Under the pieces are notes generated by a model. The model ran no database searches, had not been told where the DNA came from, and saw nothing but the letters and a program-made list of their open reading frames with translations. DNA of 64,000 nucleotides from Gonapodya sp. JEL0774 (taxonomy: Eukaryota): assembly GCA_027604505.1 (NCBI GenBank), contig JADIIX010000117.1, forward strand, positions 1 through 64,000, in the 5' to 3' direction. Of this stretch, positions 23,663 to 37,353 are shown piece after piece (position 1 is the stretch's first letter; the number at the start of each line of letters is the position of its first letter). The position numbers and the translations under genes were made by a program.

Positions 23663-24242
23663 ATGTCAAACCCACCCCGTCCAGCAAACCCCATCCCACC
23701 ACCAGTGCCTTTTCAATCAAATTCCATGTCGGAAACTCTTATAGGCCCGCCACGACCACCTGCTCGCACGAAAACCAGCTCTGCTCGAACCCACCGTGCC
23801 CTCACAGATCCCACCATGCCAGAGTGGGAGGGCAACCCGAAAACCAAGATGCACCACCAAAACCTAGCAGTGGGATCTCGGATGACTGCGTGAGTTCATG
23901 TTTTCTTTTCCACTGACTCTGGTGATTCTTTGATTCAATCAAACGGACTTTCCGACCCGCAACAAACAGTTAATTTGCTATGACCAACCAAAGGACTGCG
24001 TCCTTGCGCCACGGTGAGATCTTGTTTGCAGGCATGGCGTGCTGATGGGAGACGCTCACAACTCAACGCTCTTCGTGGAACTGCCCCACCGAATTTCATG
24101 GAACACCTTTGTCAGTGGGCATATCGCAATGTGCATGGCGTGCACTCCTGCGGTGAGAGAGCAAGGAAACGGGTGCCCCGTGTTTCGTACCCGAATTACA
24201 CAGGTGGTGAGTAAAGTGGTTATGAAAAAGGATCGTTTCTAG
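23663..24242 (+). pseudogene. small Pro-rich gene ending in a degenerate C3HC4 RING finger
   Basis: SGHIAMCMAC...GCPVFRTRITQVV resembles CGH..C..C...CPxCR..I with Cys losses; upstream exon structure uncertain. Confidence 0.35.
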
Positions 24243-24520
24243 ATCAAACTTGAACTTGACAACCACCGTGTCCCGGTAAAGGTAAAGATATTCGGTACAT
24301 AGTTTGTTTATGGATTTGTATTGTTCAAATGTTTTTGTATTCGAAATCGCCGCCCGTACTGCACTCATCAGAAAGAATTTGAGATTTTGACCTCACGAAT
24401 CAACCATGAGAGCGCTGACTGCAACGTGCTCATAATAGATTTCGCTATGTACAGAATTATGGAGAGGTATGGCCCTTTGCACAATGGAATAAAGTCTCGT
24501 AAAATCGAATAAGGTTAAGT

Positions 24521-27500
24521 TTAGTATTCCAGATCGGAATCGTCCAAGTCATTGAAATCAACACCTTCCAGCAAGCGGTCGATTGATTGATAATCGGCTG
24601 TGGTATTTTTGGTAACAGCGGGGACGGAAAAGGGCGCTTTCCTTGCCGTGACGATGTGCGGAGGAGTTGGGGGTACCAAAATTTCAAAGTCGTCTCTGTC
24701 CTCTTTATCGCCGCCTTCTTCATTATCCGGTCGCGCAATCGACAGGGCATCACGCATAGAATCCATCTTCAACAGGTCAGAATCCATTTCTCCTTCTGTC
24801 TCATCAGTATGGTCAGAGTCGCCAGAATCCTCGTCGTACTGACCGTTCTCAAGTCCCTGCGAATCATCCTCTGCATCGTCTCTGGCATCACCACCCGAGC
24901 TTTCGGGGGTCCTCAGGGCCCATGCCATTCGAAACTTGCCACCCAGCCCACCGAGCTGGTTCGGCAAGGTTCCAAACTTGTCGTGAACTCTCGAGTGAAC
25001 ACCATGATGTCGTGCAACATTCGGTGTCAGAAGGGATTGTCGGTAGAAGTCCCGCATCGAAATGTGACCACCACTGGCCTCACTACGGTCCCCATCTTCC
25101 AACTCGCTCGTAATGATAGCCTGAGAGTCTGCGTAGTCGTCTGCGACAATAAATCCGTCAAGATCTTGATCCAAATCCTGGCCGTCCGGATCGTCCGAAG
25201 ATGCTTGACTATTATCCGATTCTTCAGCTTCAACGTCGAAGATCGGGTTTAAGTGCATAGGGAGCTTCTCTCTCCGGATGCGAACTCGATCTGCCGATGC
25301 GGTCGCTGCGTCTGCATCAGCACGTTCTTGCTGCTCGTTCGCGGAGCCAAGGCGTACCTAATCAACAATAAAATTTTGTTGTGAGGAACGGCGACGTTCA
25401 GATTTCGTTGACGATGGATGACATACCAGTCGTCGCCGTCTTGGCTCACAGGCTGCTTCAGCATCGCCAATTTTGGCATCAACATCAATCGCATCCTCAG
25501 TTAGTGGATCTTGCTTCGGTGATCGTCGTCCAAGTTTACGTTTGCGTTTAGCAATCGGCATTTGGCTGGGAGCGTCCTCAGAAAGAACAACAGGTGTTGG
25601 CTTTGCAGAGGCCTGGCCCAGCCCACGGGCTAAGATTGGAGATGTAAGCACCTCCTTTCTGGTATGGACGCCAGAAGACTGAAGAGGCAGTTGTGGATTA
25701 GTAGTGGACGATAGCAAACAAAACGCTGATGTTGATGAATCACGGAGGACATCTCTAGTGTCCGATGAGGGTACCAATTTCCTATGCAAACAATCCTGGG
25801 CGCTGTTCATAACGCTAACCGGTAGTGGAGCTGGTGAGACAAGATCCTTCGATCTAGCAGATATGATTGGTTGGTCTTTTGCGTGAGCTGGCGAGCTCTT
25901 TGGCGGATTGTTGGTGGACACAATATTCGCTCTCTGTGCTTCCAAATAGTGCCACAGCTGTCTACCCGGTGGTGGCCCGAGATAGTCCTCCTCTCCAAGA
26001 GGGTCCCGACATGCCACTTCCAACTGTTGCAACAATATGCGCCTTTGCTCTTCACGCTCTTTTCGACGGCGCGCTACACGCAGTAGTGGAGCAGGAGCTT
26101 CGCAACCCGGGAGAACGATGGCTTCCCCTTGCCTTCGAACTCGAGGTAGCTCGTCAATGAATCGTTTCCACTGCTCCACCGCAACAGTTGAGACCTGACC
26201 ACTGATAGCCAACGGCGGAGTCTGTTGGAGGGCGTGTGATCTGTCTACACCAGCACGAATATTCCTTTCCAGTGTCCGCTCCTTTTCGTGGACGCCCACC
26301 TTTACCGAAGTCGAAGGCGGTTTATCTACGGCAATTTTCCCATCAATAGCGTGATTTGTCCGAACGGAAACATTGACTGGAACCCGCGTAGCTTCAAATT
26401 TGAGTGATTCAAGTGGTCGGGGGTTCCCCTTGTCGGCATTCGAAATATTGGTCTTCACACTTCCTCGCAAGAGTTGACTCGGTGCTTCGATCTCATCATC
26501 ACTGTCTTCAATCTCCAATAGTCTTAGTGAAACAGGGGGGTTCGCTTTCGTGACAGCTGATCGCTTGTGTGCTGACTCTGGTGGAGAGAGCAAACTCGCG
26601 AGAGGGTCCACTCCAGCTTCTTCGATCACCTTGATAGGATCTAATGCAGGGGCAATTTCCCAATCAAAGTCCAGCCCAGGAGAGAATTCCATTCCGGGAT
26701 CCATAGGCGAAAGTGGTCGGTTCTCCTCTATCTCCGTAGGGGGCGGTGGGCAGCCAGACTCCGCACGCAAGTCACACTCTTCACTCGCTGGGCGCTTTAG
26801 CCGTCTCCGCTTTTGTCCTTTTCCGTAGCCATCTTCATTCTCTCCTGCCCTGCGCTCGGTACGAAAGTCATCATCGTCAGACTCGTCAAGGTGTGTGGAG
26901 GTTTTGCGTTTCCTGGCAGTCGCTCTTCCATCCAATTCACCTTTAGCATCCCAAGAAAAAGAATCAACTCCGAGAAGAACATCCCCCATTTCGAGGAAAC
27001 GTTCCAACCTCGCTGCGTACGACCCCACCTTCCGATTTGCGATGTCGAGACCTCGTTCTTCTGCTTCCTCTTCTAAAAATCCCTGTACCCGATCCACGAG
27101 ATTCACAAAAGAGAGGCATCTTGAGCTATGTCCGAGCAAATGCGTTCCGGTTGGGCGCCCTTGCAGGTGCAAGTACCTGAGCTTCGCGGCACTGGTCCAC
27201 TCGTACTTCCTGACACCATGGTGGAGGGAGTTCATCCGCTGAAATTCAAGAAGCTCCTCTTTCGTCAAAAAAGCCTTGGATGAAACGTCGGAGCGAGCGG
27301 CAGATTTGGCTCCCGCCACCGCGAGGGCCTTCGCCGCAGCTTCTATTGCGTCATCTGCATCAGAAGGAATCTCGACAATTTGCTTTACAAGTTGGGGCCC
27401 AGAGCCACCATTAATGTCGGGTGGGAGGAGTTGGTTGGGAGGGTAGAACTTGAATCTAGAATAAATGCGGTATCGTTTGCGACAGGCAACAAACGTGGGA

Positions 27501-30500
27501 TGTTGATGAAAGTAACGTTTTGTACGCAAGAAACACACCTCTTTTCCTGCATAGCTATAGCTCGCTGCATATTCCTGTACTTCTGCAGGCTCTCGTGATA
27601 AGATCTCTCCTCCTTCCCCTCCTGCAACAATAGAACTACCCTTCCCTCTCGTTTTCGACCTGTGCGCCCCATACGCTGAATCATGCGAGTCGGACTCGCC
27701 TGAGAGTCGTAGCACACAATCAGATCAACCTCGCCGATGTCGAGACCTTCTTCGCCGATTGAGGTCGCGACAAGTACATTGTGTGTGCCACTGAGAAAGC
27801 GTTGGAGGACCTTCATTGGTGGGTTTCAAAAAATGATGGAGATGCGACTCTGCTCAGTCAGAATGCAATCTCAGTCTTTCACAGCAAGGAACATACCGCT
27901 GATTGTTCTTTTTGCGACATTCCCCCTTTTCCTCGCCCTGAAGACCCACTCGCGCCACCTCTGCCCCGTCCCCGTGTTCCTCCACCTCGGCCGCTTGTAC
28001 TTCCACCACTCTGTCCAACAAAGACAGCCACTCGAACGACTGGTGCTTGCCTTGATAAGACCTCCACGATCTCCTCGACAGACTCCCGAAGACTGGAAAA
28101 CACCATGCACCGTGTGTCTCTGCCTTCAGCTCTCGCGCGACCAAAATGTTCGCGGACAACTTCGGCGAGTTTCCGTAGCTTGGGGTGACCGAAAAATTCG
28201 GGCTGAGTGACCAGCGACTCGATGTTGTCCAGCAGCTGTGAGTACTCCCTCGAAGTAACAATATTCCGGCGCGTTTGGGAAACGTGCCCCTCCGCACTCA
28301 GGGTAGATGTTTTATAATTCACCAAATCCTTACGTGCCGTACGGATCCCAAACTGCACAAGGTTGTTCATTGCCTTGACGAGAGAAATGGCTGCTCCAAA
28401 ATCAGCCTCTACAGCGTGAGCTTGAGCTGGAGGTAGTGTGATCTTGGTTTCTCTTCGCCACTTGTCCCTTTGCGTCATAATCCCGTATGAGCTGATGGCA
28501 TCGGCTCTTTGTAAAAGTCAGAGAATAGACGGCCCGGAATGTGGATGATACTTTGAGAACACCGCGTTCCTTCACAAGAAGCAGCCAGTGACTCACTTAT
28601 TTGTCCAAATGGCCTTGTTCCCCATCAACCTACTCAACACAGGATTCACTATTCTGTCCAACGCCCCTTTGCATGCTAGTCCCGTTGCGTCTTCCTTCAG
28701 CACAACGAGCTCACTCTTCCTCTCGTGTACATACGGTGCCACATCCGGATGATCGTCCGCTCGAATCTCAATGGCCGAGATCAAGAGGTTGGAGAGGACG
28801 GACTGAACGGCATTGGTATCGGAACCTGGTGTGGCAGTCAAGGCGAGAACGCGGAAGTGTGGGTTGCGGCGGAGTAGCAGTTTTATGCACTAATTCGGAG
28901 ATAGAGGGAATAGCAGGGAGTGTGAAAACTGAGAGTGTGTCACTTGCATACACGCGAACCGTTCGCCGGCCACGAAGTCCTCCCCCGAGGTTTCTAAACG
29001 ACGTTTTGGTCCCAAGGCATGGTGTTCCTCTCATTGTGAAAATGCTCACCATGCAATACGAGTGATTCCCCTGAGCCCTATGGGCTTCGTCCACAACAAG
29101 CAAGGAGAAAGTCTCTGCGGGGACGGCCCGCTCATCGAGGTCGTTTTGGAGCACTTGCGCGGTACAAAAGAGACTGATGCAGATACATATGGGGAGAATT
29201 TGATGGAGGAAAGAATAGAATGCCGGAATGGGGGAAGGGTCAGTGTTCGGAGGATTTCAGACCATCAAGAGTACGGAAAACATGATCGTGGGATAGACCA
29301 CGTCTTGAGACAAAGCTTAAAGCTTGAGTCGAGTTCATTTCGAACCAATCCATCCGCAGAAAGAGCATTTCCAAGGTAATTGCTTCCGTGGTCCATGATA
29401 TCCGTTCCAATCCAAAGCGGCCGAGATTACTCTCAGTTTCTTCAACCATACTCACAGCCGTTTCGCGGTCCACGTCAAGATTCTAGACCCCTGCATGACT
29501 TCTCCTGTCATCTCTCCGCACCATTCAACTGGGATACCGACACTCTTCCAACATGCTTCCATCTGTTGCGTGACGAGAGCCTTGGTCGGTGCGATAAACA
29601 CAACACGGGACTTTGGAAACCATCTGAGATGGTTGAGAATAACTACTGCGGCGATGAACGTTTTGCCAAGACCGGTGGGGAGGGACACGAGGGTGTTTTG
29701 GAAGAGAGAGCGGCGGACAATGTCGATCTGGTAGCTCCGCACCGGCATGTTTGTAGGGTATATCCAGGAGAGGATAGCGGTGGGGTCGTGTGGGTGAGGG
29801 GACATATTTGGTGGGGGATTGGGGAGTCCGGCTGGAATTACGTATTGCGGACCAGAGCCTGAGCCAGAGCCTGAGCCTGTATTATTGACACGGCTTGTGA
29901 CGCCGGAATTATTGTTTGGTCGACCGGGGCCAAAGTTGGCGTTGGCTGTGTGTCCAAATGTGGTGTGCCCTGCTCCAGGTCCCCCCGACGTGCTTGGGCG
30001 GGCAAAGGAAGCAGACAGGCCCGCACCGTCATTCCCAGCCGCAAACGTGGTGGCCGTCTCGGCAACTGCCCTGTAAGAGCCCTTTGATTGGGCAGCCTGC
30101 ACTGCCGGTGGCCCACCCTGCATTCCGAATGCGTGGAGGGTCACCTGTTTCGTCGGTTTGGCAAAGTCCGGAGGGGGGTTGCGCATCGGGCGCTTGAAAG
30201 GCGCCAATAGCGTTTGTTGCAGGCGAGGAGTTTGGTTCGTTTGGTTCTGAAACGAGGAGAGTATGCAGGTCACGCATCAAGTCCCATCAAGAGGGACAGC
30301 GGGATGAAATTACCGACACCTTAAGCCTGCAGAAAGTACTTTGCACTGCACTCACATTCACGCGGCCCGTGACTGCCGCCGTGCCCCCCACGCCGTCCGT
30401 CCCAAAACTACCGCCCATTCCGACCGTGCTGTTCCCTCGGACCCCATTCGATCCACCGTTTGCCAGGCCTGCATTGACGGCTTCGAGGGCTGCTAAAAAA

Positions 30501-30529
30501 ACGTCGTCGTCATCGTCATCGAACTCCAT
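24521..30529 (-). CDS. MPH1: FANCM/Mph1 ATP-dependent DNA helicase
   Basis: [82 protein letters not shown]; introns checked splice in frame; long acidic C-terminus; no ERCC4 domain seen. Confidence 0.93.
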
Positions 30530-32456
30530 CCTTTGGGGGACGAGTTCGGTTCATTCAAGGCAGCTTCTGCTGGTGCCGGGTCCGCCGGCAGAGGACTTCG
30601 CATTGACCCGACAGCAAAGGAATGAATGAACATTACACACATGAAACCCCAAATCTTCCGAGAATTCTCCTCCAACGACCCCCGCCACTGCTGCCGCTGT
30701 TTCGATATTTTTCCTTATTAATTCTCAATAATTGTCAAGGGGTAACCCTTGACGAAAAACGCCCAGGGACATCCACAATGCGCGGAAATTGTATAGGGTG
30801 ATCGGATTTCAAACATTGTATGCTTTCTCGATATGTTTCTGGGGAAAATTTTTGTTCATGGCAAGCCTGTGATCGGCTGGGATTCTGCAGGTCATCCGAA
30901 GTTGTACATAACGTCCAACCTCGCCCTTGTGAGCTGCGAAGAATCCCGAAAGCCTTTCCTGTACTCTTACTGATTGCGCGTCTCCTGTTTCCGTTCAGGA
31001 TTCCCGCGTGCTGTCTTTGCTTACTCCACCATGCAGCGTGAGTTTACACTCTCACGCGTCATAATGCGGGTACAATGTGGGGCCATGTGTAATCGTGGTA
31101 CCGTGCATAAGAAGGAACGTGTTTCGAGCAATGCGACGTGGTTAATCTTTGTATGATGTAAGGAGTTGTCGTACCTCGATATCATTTGGCGAGTGGATTT
31201 ATGGGGCTATACAGCGAATAGAGATATGAAATGTTGCGCGAGTAAATCGTTGTATACTAGTAGTCATAGTCCAAGCAATTCGTCATGCAAACAGTTGTTG
31301 GGAAACGAGTCCGAGGGTGTCTGTGTGCCACGCTGCAGACGGTGTTTGGTTCATATCACAGAGAACATTATATCTTCGACTAGGCAGAGCTCTTTAAGTG
31401 TTTGTATTTAATCCCATATTTGAATATTTGGGTAACGAGCCGTAACCATTAATTCACCTAGTGTTGTTCGGGCTGTTCCTGGCAATTCATCTCTTACAAT
31501 GTCACCAATCGGAGCTATTGTACTTCAAAAGAACGCTCGACAAACCTCCTTTGCCCTCTGTTGGCCCATATGTATGTACACACTCGAATCTCGATCGTCA
31601 GAACTGTGCGAATCGTTCTCTTGATTGGTGGGACGAGTTGCACTCCCCATCTCTCAAACACAATCCAGAACATGGCTTGATGCTTTGGTACTGGAATGAG
31701 TAGCAAATCGTGCCGCTAACTAACAGGTGTTGTGAAACATACGTACTCGAAAATATACGACACAGCCCACTGCAGACAACGACGCAAGCGACAAAGCACT
31801 CGAGAGGAGATCACCGTCGACATTTCACAATCGAACTACATAACTTATTTCCCGTGACAACAATTTGGCTTATCGGGTCATTACTAAGCTTGTTTTGTGG
31901 AGGCGGAATCTTATTATCAAGCCTGTCTCCTCTCTCGTTCAGGTACCGGCCACAGGTGCAATCAGATGGATATCTCCAAAGAGAGAGAACGATAGGTCGA
32001 GGTCTGCAAAGAAGATTACGTCGAGCTCCACGGTATACAACGCAGAAGTGTCGTTCTACAGGTTGTGGAATATACACGGCGAGTAACCACCTTCGATCGC
32101 TCGACCTCTCACTGCAAAGTGACGTCACGATGAATTAATTTGCAAAGCTTGAACTGAGTGATTCCCGATCATTCGAATCGGGACAACTTCTTGAGAGACT
32201 TGTTGCACCAGATCCACACTGGATGTTTGAGTCTCTTGTCGATGTATTATAGTAATCCACCATTTGCTGTTTGAACTACCTGTGAAACAATTACGAGTGC
32301 TCTCACGCAAAAAAATGAATTCGCAGAGAGGAAGGCGGAACACCGCCAGAACTGCAAAGTGCTGTTTCAATCGTCTGATCTCAGCAATAGAATGGATGCG
32401 GCTAATCTAGCCCAGCAAAAGTGCCGGGTGATGCATCCAGGTAGTGGAGCAGTCGA

Positions 32457-33171
32457 GATAAGATAACGGGAAGGGCAAAGGGGCATCTGCAACAAATCAC
32501 CATCGAATGCGGGAGCTCTTATTTGATGGAATTCGAATCGCTGTACTCATCGCTTTCACAGGAGGCTGGAACAAATATAACCGGGAATGCGCATGATGCA
32601 GAATAAAGCGGGCCGTATTTATCATGAAGAGTCCCCCATTCACAACCCTTTCCGAGAATAAATGTAACGATTTCGACGAGGGGACCAGATAAGATGGGAA
32701 GAATAAGCTTACTCATTATTTAGTAACTCAATGACGCGAGAGGGGCAGATTGTTCAGGCGCTGCCTCTTGGTCATATACGGGTTTGTTGTTGCTATGGGA
32801 GATTGAGACTCGAAATTATCGTACAACCACTGGGGAGCTCAAGAAGAGATTCCATCAAAAATATTCACGCAATGCGCTTTATCTTTGACCACAGTTTGGG
32901 CAGTGAATATGTCTATCGGGCAGGAACAACATTTTGATAAGTTGCTTCCGATCAGGAATTTGACCTCGGGATGGGAAGAGCCGCAAACCTTTGGAACCCG
33001 AGACCTCCAGGACGGCGTTTATAAACCAAGACGATTTCCTGCTGTTTTCGCAATCTCCAAAGTTGCAAAGTTGGAAACTCGGCAACTTTGAAAGCATCGT
33101 GGAATCGCAATCATTTACCTTCAGGTGAGGACAAAGTCGCTGCCTGGTTCTACAGCACCCTGATCGTTATC
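32457..33171. promoter_or_regulatory. cluster of GATA-factor (GATAA/TTATC) sites upstream of the NCS1 permease
   Basis: Eight sites in ~715 bp (32457, 32462, 32619, 32688, 32816, 32879, 32936, 33167), three of them GATAAG. Confidence 0.55.
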
Positions 33172-33252
33172 TCTCCGCTCCTTTTTAAAACAAAAAAGAG
33201 CCATCGCTTTTTCGCACTGTTTTCCGTACTCTTGGCGATTCGATTCCCTGCG

Positions 33253-35610
33253 ATGAAGTTCAGTCTGCGTGTCCAAGGGTCGTCAAACTGGCTCACCAAC
33301 TACGAGCTCTTGCCTCTGGCTCCGGAGCGTCGAACGTGGGGATGGACCTCCTACGTGTCCTTCTGGATCTCCGATGCCGTGAACCTTTCTTCTGCCGTCA
33401 TTGTTGCCAGTGCGGTATGTTGCTGTTTTTACATTGGTTTCCTTGTGGTCGAGATGACCGCGCGTGTTGTTTGGGAAGAGAACAAATCACGAACCCACCT
33501 GATCGTCATTACTCTGCTTGTCGATCTCCATTCAAAACAGGTTGTTTCCGGCCTGAACTGGTGGCAAGCGTGGATTTCCACTCTTCTCGCTTACACCATC
33601 GCCTCGTGGGGTATCGTTTTGATGAGTAAGGCCGGTGCGACATATCACGTCGGATTTCCTCCAATTGCAAGAGTTGCTTTCGGAGTTTTCGGTGGTATGT
33701 GGCCCGTCTTCAACCGTGTAGTAACTTCAACTCTCTGGGTGTGTGTTTGAGTCCTCCTTTGCCCGCATTTCGACGCGTTTGAAACCTCTTCATGCGCTAA
33801 CTCTCCTCATTCTCTCGCATCTTTCGCTCTGCTCCCTCTCATTTGCTCTCTCTAGTTCGCTTTCCAAAGTGCTCTCGGTGGTGGATGCGCAACCCTCGTC
33901 CTTCGCGCTCTCATCCCCCAGTACAATGATATCCCCAACACCCTCTCGGAATCCGCTGGAATCACTTCCAGGGATCTCCTTTCCTTGATTATTTTCTGGC
34001 TCACTTGGTATGTGTTGCAGAAAACTCCCTGAATTTCGACTTTTGCATTACACACGTAAAAGTCCGACTGGATTCTCACACCATTCACACCACATTCCAC
34101 AGCATCCCCGGCGTCCTCACCCGCCCCGAAAAACTCAAGTACCTTTTCATGGCCAAATCGATCCTCACTCCGATCGGCTTTTTCGCCCTGCTCGGCTGGT
34201 CCGTCAGCCAAGCCGGTGGCCTGGGCCCCATCGTCTCTGTCCCGGCTAAACTCGAAGGCTCCGCTCTCGGATGGGCATTTGTGGCCGCGATTACGAGTCA
34301 GCTGAGTAACATGGTGGTGAGTGGTAATTTTTATCTCTCGAATCGATATCCGGTTTCAAAGTGCGTGGTTGGGATCTCACTGTGTACTCAAACGTCTCCA
34401 ATTGTTTGTACCTCGTTCTCACAGACGCTTCTGGTAAACTGTGCAGACTTTGCCCGTCTCGCAAAGAAGCAATCCGATGTCGTCGCTCCTCAACTTATTG
34501 CCATGCCTGGTTCGTTCGCACTCACCTCCCTCATCGTGAGTTCTCATCAAGAGCTGTGTACCTTCACCTTCATCTCGCTCACCAACTCCGCTGCTTTCAG
34601 GGTTTGTGGATCGCCTCCTCGTCCCAAGTTATCTTCAACACCGAAGTTTTCAACCCGCTCGACATCCTGGTCCTCCGCTTAAACCAGGACCCGTTCAACG
34701 CCACCACCCGTGTGGGATGTTTCTTTATCGGAGCATGCTTTTGGGTACGTATTTGGAAGAAACATCGTCACGTTGCCCCAAATGATTATCAGTGCAGTCG
34801 TGCAGACTTTCTGATGTGCTCTCTCCATCCACGACACCACAGATCGGGCAAATCGGTACAAACATCGCCGCAAACTCCCTCTCCGCCGGTAGCGATGGCG
34901 CAGCCCTCCTTCCCCGCTACATTGACATTCGTCGTGGCGGGTTTATCTGTGCCTGCTTGGCCCTCATTGTCCAACCGTGGAGGCTCGTGCAGTCCGACAG
35001 CTTCGCTACGTACTTGGGATCCTACTCGGTCCTGCTGTCGCCCTTCTTGGGTATCATGTTGTCCGACTATTACGTCATTCGAAGGGGATTGCTGAACGTT
35101 CCCCACATGTACACAACTGAGCGCGGTAGGTTGATTGATAAACGCACATTTAGTCTCCTTGTAATGTTCCTTACTCTTTATCGCCGCCGCGTTACAGGTA
35201 CTGATTATATGTACGGCAGTTACGGCGTCAACTGGCGCTCTGTCGTGGCATACATTTGCGGTCTCGCAATCAATATGCCAGGTGAGAAAAACAACTCCCT
35301 GGACAGGACACTACTTGAAATCTCGCTGAATATCTGTTTTCGCCCCTGTATAGGCTTCATTGGTGCCGGTACCGGCTCGTTTGCTAATGAAGGTGTCCAG
35401 CACATCTTCCAGCTAGCCTTCTTCGTCGGTCTCGGTGTCTCATCCTTCGTCTACCTCCTTTGCTGCTGGGTTTCGCTCCCTCAGGGCGGAGTGCCCTTTG
35501 GAGAGAAGGGGTGGTACGAACCCAAGGGTGGATTCGAGGATCCCAAGTGGCTCGCGTCCATTCCCATCGACACCAAGGAGGAGTCCGAGGCTGTGGGTGA
35601 GAAGATCTGA
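33253..35610 (+). CDS. NCS1 nucleobase:cation symporter (Fur4/Dal4 uracil/allantoin permease family)
   Basis: RRTW..YVSFWISD, GLNWWQAW, YHVGFP..ARVAFGVFG.WPVFNR, LLVNCADFAR, IGTNIAANSLSAGSD..LLPRYIDIRRG, QPW, DYYVIRRG, GVNWR. Confidence 0.93.
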
Positions 35611-35936
35611 TCGCGTTTATGGTCCAGCCCGTCAGGGGATGTAGTCTTGATTCATGGAAGCGTAATTCTTGTTGAAATGTGGTAATACCACGTTTTGTAG
35701 TAATGTCTATACGACTGTGAATAATACGTTGAGAGTTTGAAGAAAATGGAGTGGCATCGCCATATCTATTTTAAGATTCCAAGAGTGCTCATCGGAGTAG
35801 TGAAACTAATTCGAACTCAAGTAGACTAATCCACTCCACAGCACTGTCTCCACATAGCAACAATATTCTTGCTGATACTAGGAAACAACAAGAGAATTGG
35901 AGATCTGTTTAAACTGATAAGCGAAGTGTCATTGTT

Positions 35937-37078
35937 TTACCTTGTGCATCGCTTTTCCGTCACATGAATCCACTTGCCCTCCACCCAGTACAGTGTTGCA
36001 GATCCATCCGACTTCACAATTTTCGCACATGGGCTGCCGAAACTCCCCGCAACGTTCCAAGAGTCTGATACGGAAGACACACGTTGCGTTGCATTTCGCT
36101 CGTTGTTCAGAGCCGGGTAGCGGAACCAGTGTGCGTCACACCATGGTCGAACACCGCATTCATAGCAGAAACGGCTCTCTTGGCAGGGCACGCAGTAAAC
36201 CTGATCACAACTTGGCATACTGCAATTCGTCCAGCTTGAAACACAGTCTTTGCACAATTTGAAAGCTTTCAGGCATGCTTTGTACTTCATCTCGGAAAGT
36301 GAGCCACTGTTCTCCGGCAGGGAAGTGCTCGAGACATGACCACACATTTTGCACGTTGCCGTGGCGAGGCAGGGTCTGCAAAGAGATTGGGCGGCGGGCC
36401 AGCGTGCAATGTCCCTTCCCAGCTTTCTGGTAGTGTCCACTCTGTCGGCCAAAACAACGTTCCGCTTGCATGCGACGCAGAGTGAAGGACGAAAACGAGC
36501 TTTTTTTGAAAGTACCGTGGCCATGGCGTCCTTCAGTACCTGGAAATCCACTCGCTCAGCCCCGGGGTCCTTCGTCCAACTGCCATCTCGAACATCCACA
36601 ATCTGGATCTGAGGTGCGGAAGCAGCTGAGGAGGCCGAGCGCATTGATTGCAAATTATCTGTGATAAGTGGGATCAGAGATTTTAAGTGGAGATCGGGCT
36701 AATCGCGCAGCGAGAGGAGGATGAGCGAAGGCAGTTGGAGAGTCCTTGCGACCGTCCAAATGGTGATGGCAGTCCTGTCAAGAATAACTTTTTGGATTTT
36801 ATCCGTAAAAGGTACTCGTGCTCGCGTTTCGGTTACTCCAGGTGTTTCTAGCGCTATCCAGCTTGCGATTTGCTGGATGACCTTCTTGTACTCATCGTCA
36901 CACATCTTTGGCCCCACATAGGAAATGTCCAACGTGTGCCAAGCCAAAGGTTCGGCGAAAATTCGACCGGACGCGGTGCAGGAAGCTGTCACCCGAGGCG
37001 AACGGAGACCGGGAGAGGGTCGAAGATTGATATGAGTACTTCCACGGGAAAATTCACGAGGTGTTCGTGGATCAGCAT
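35937..37078 (-). pseudogene. F-box protein with Cys-rich C-terminus, inactivated
   Basis: F-box LVNFPVEVLISIFDPLPVSVRL [frameshift ~36993] VTASC..AWHTLDIS; in-frame TAG 36699-36701 (SLRD*PDL); many CxxC pairs downstream. 3' end approximate. Confidence 0.7.
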
Positions 37079-37353
37079 TCTAGAGAATTTCTGGTGATCT
37101 GTTTGCGTCGACAAGGTCCGTATTAGAGATGACGTGATGACTTGGTGTTTGCCTCCACCCCGTGTTAGTTGAATATAATACAATGGGATTGGCCAACAAC
37201 TTCAAGAGTTCCGCTTCCCTTCGCTTTCTTTACTATTTGTTCGCTGTCTGATAATAATAAAACGAAGATATATGTGTAGTTATTGCATTTTTATCCACAA
37301 TGGTCACGAGAATTCTACTCACGAAATTTGTCCATGCAGTCACCGGTGAAAAT

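Noticed and set aside
30600..33250. Short ORFs in the 2.6-kb divergent intergenic region
   Set aside because: No recognisable domains or coherent splice structure; treated as promoter DNA.
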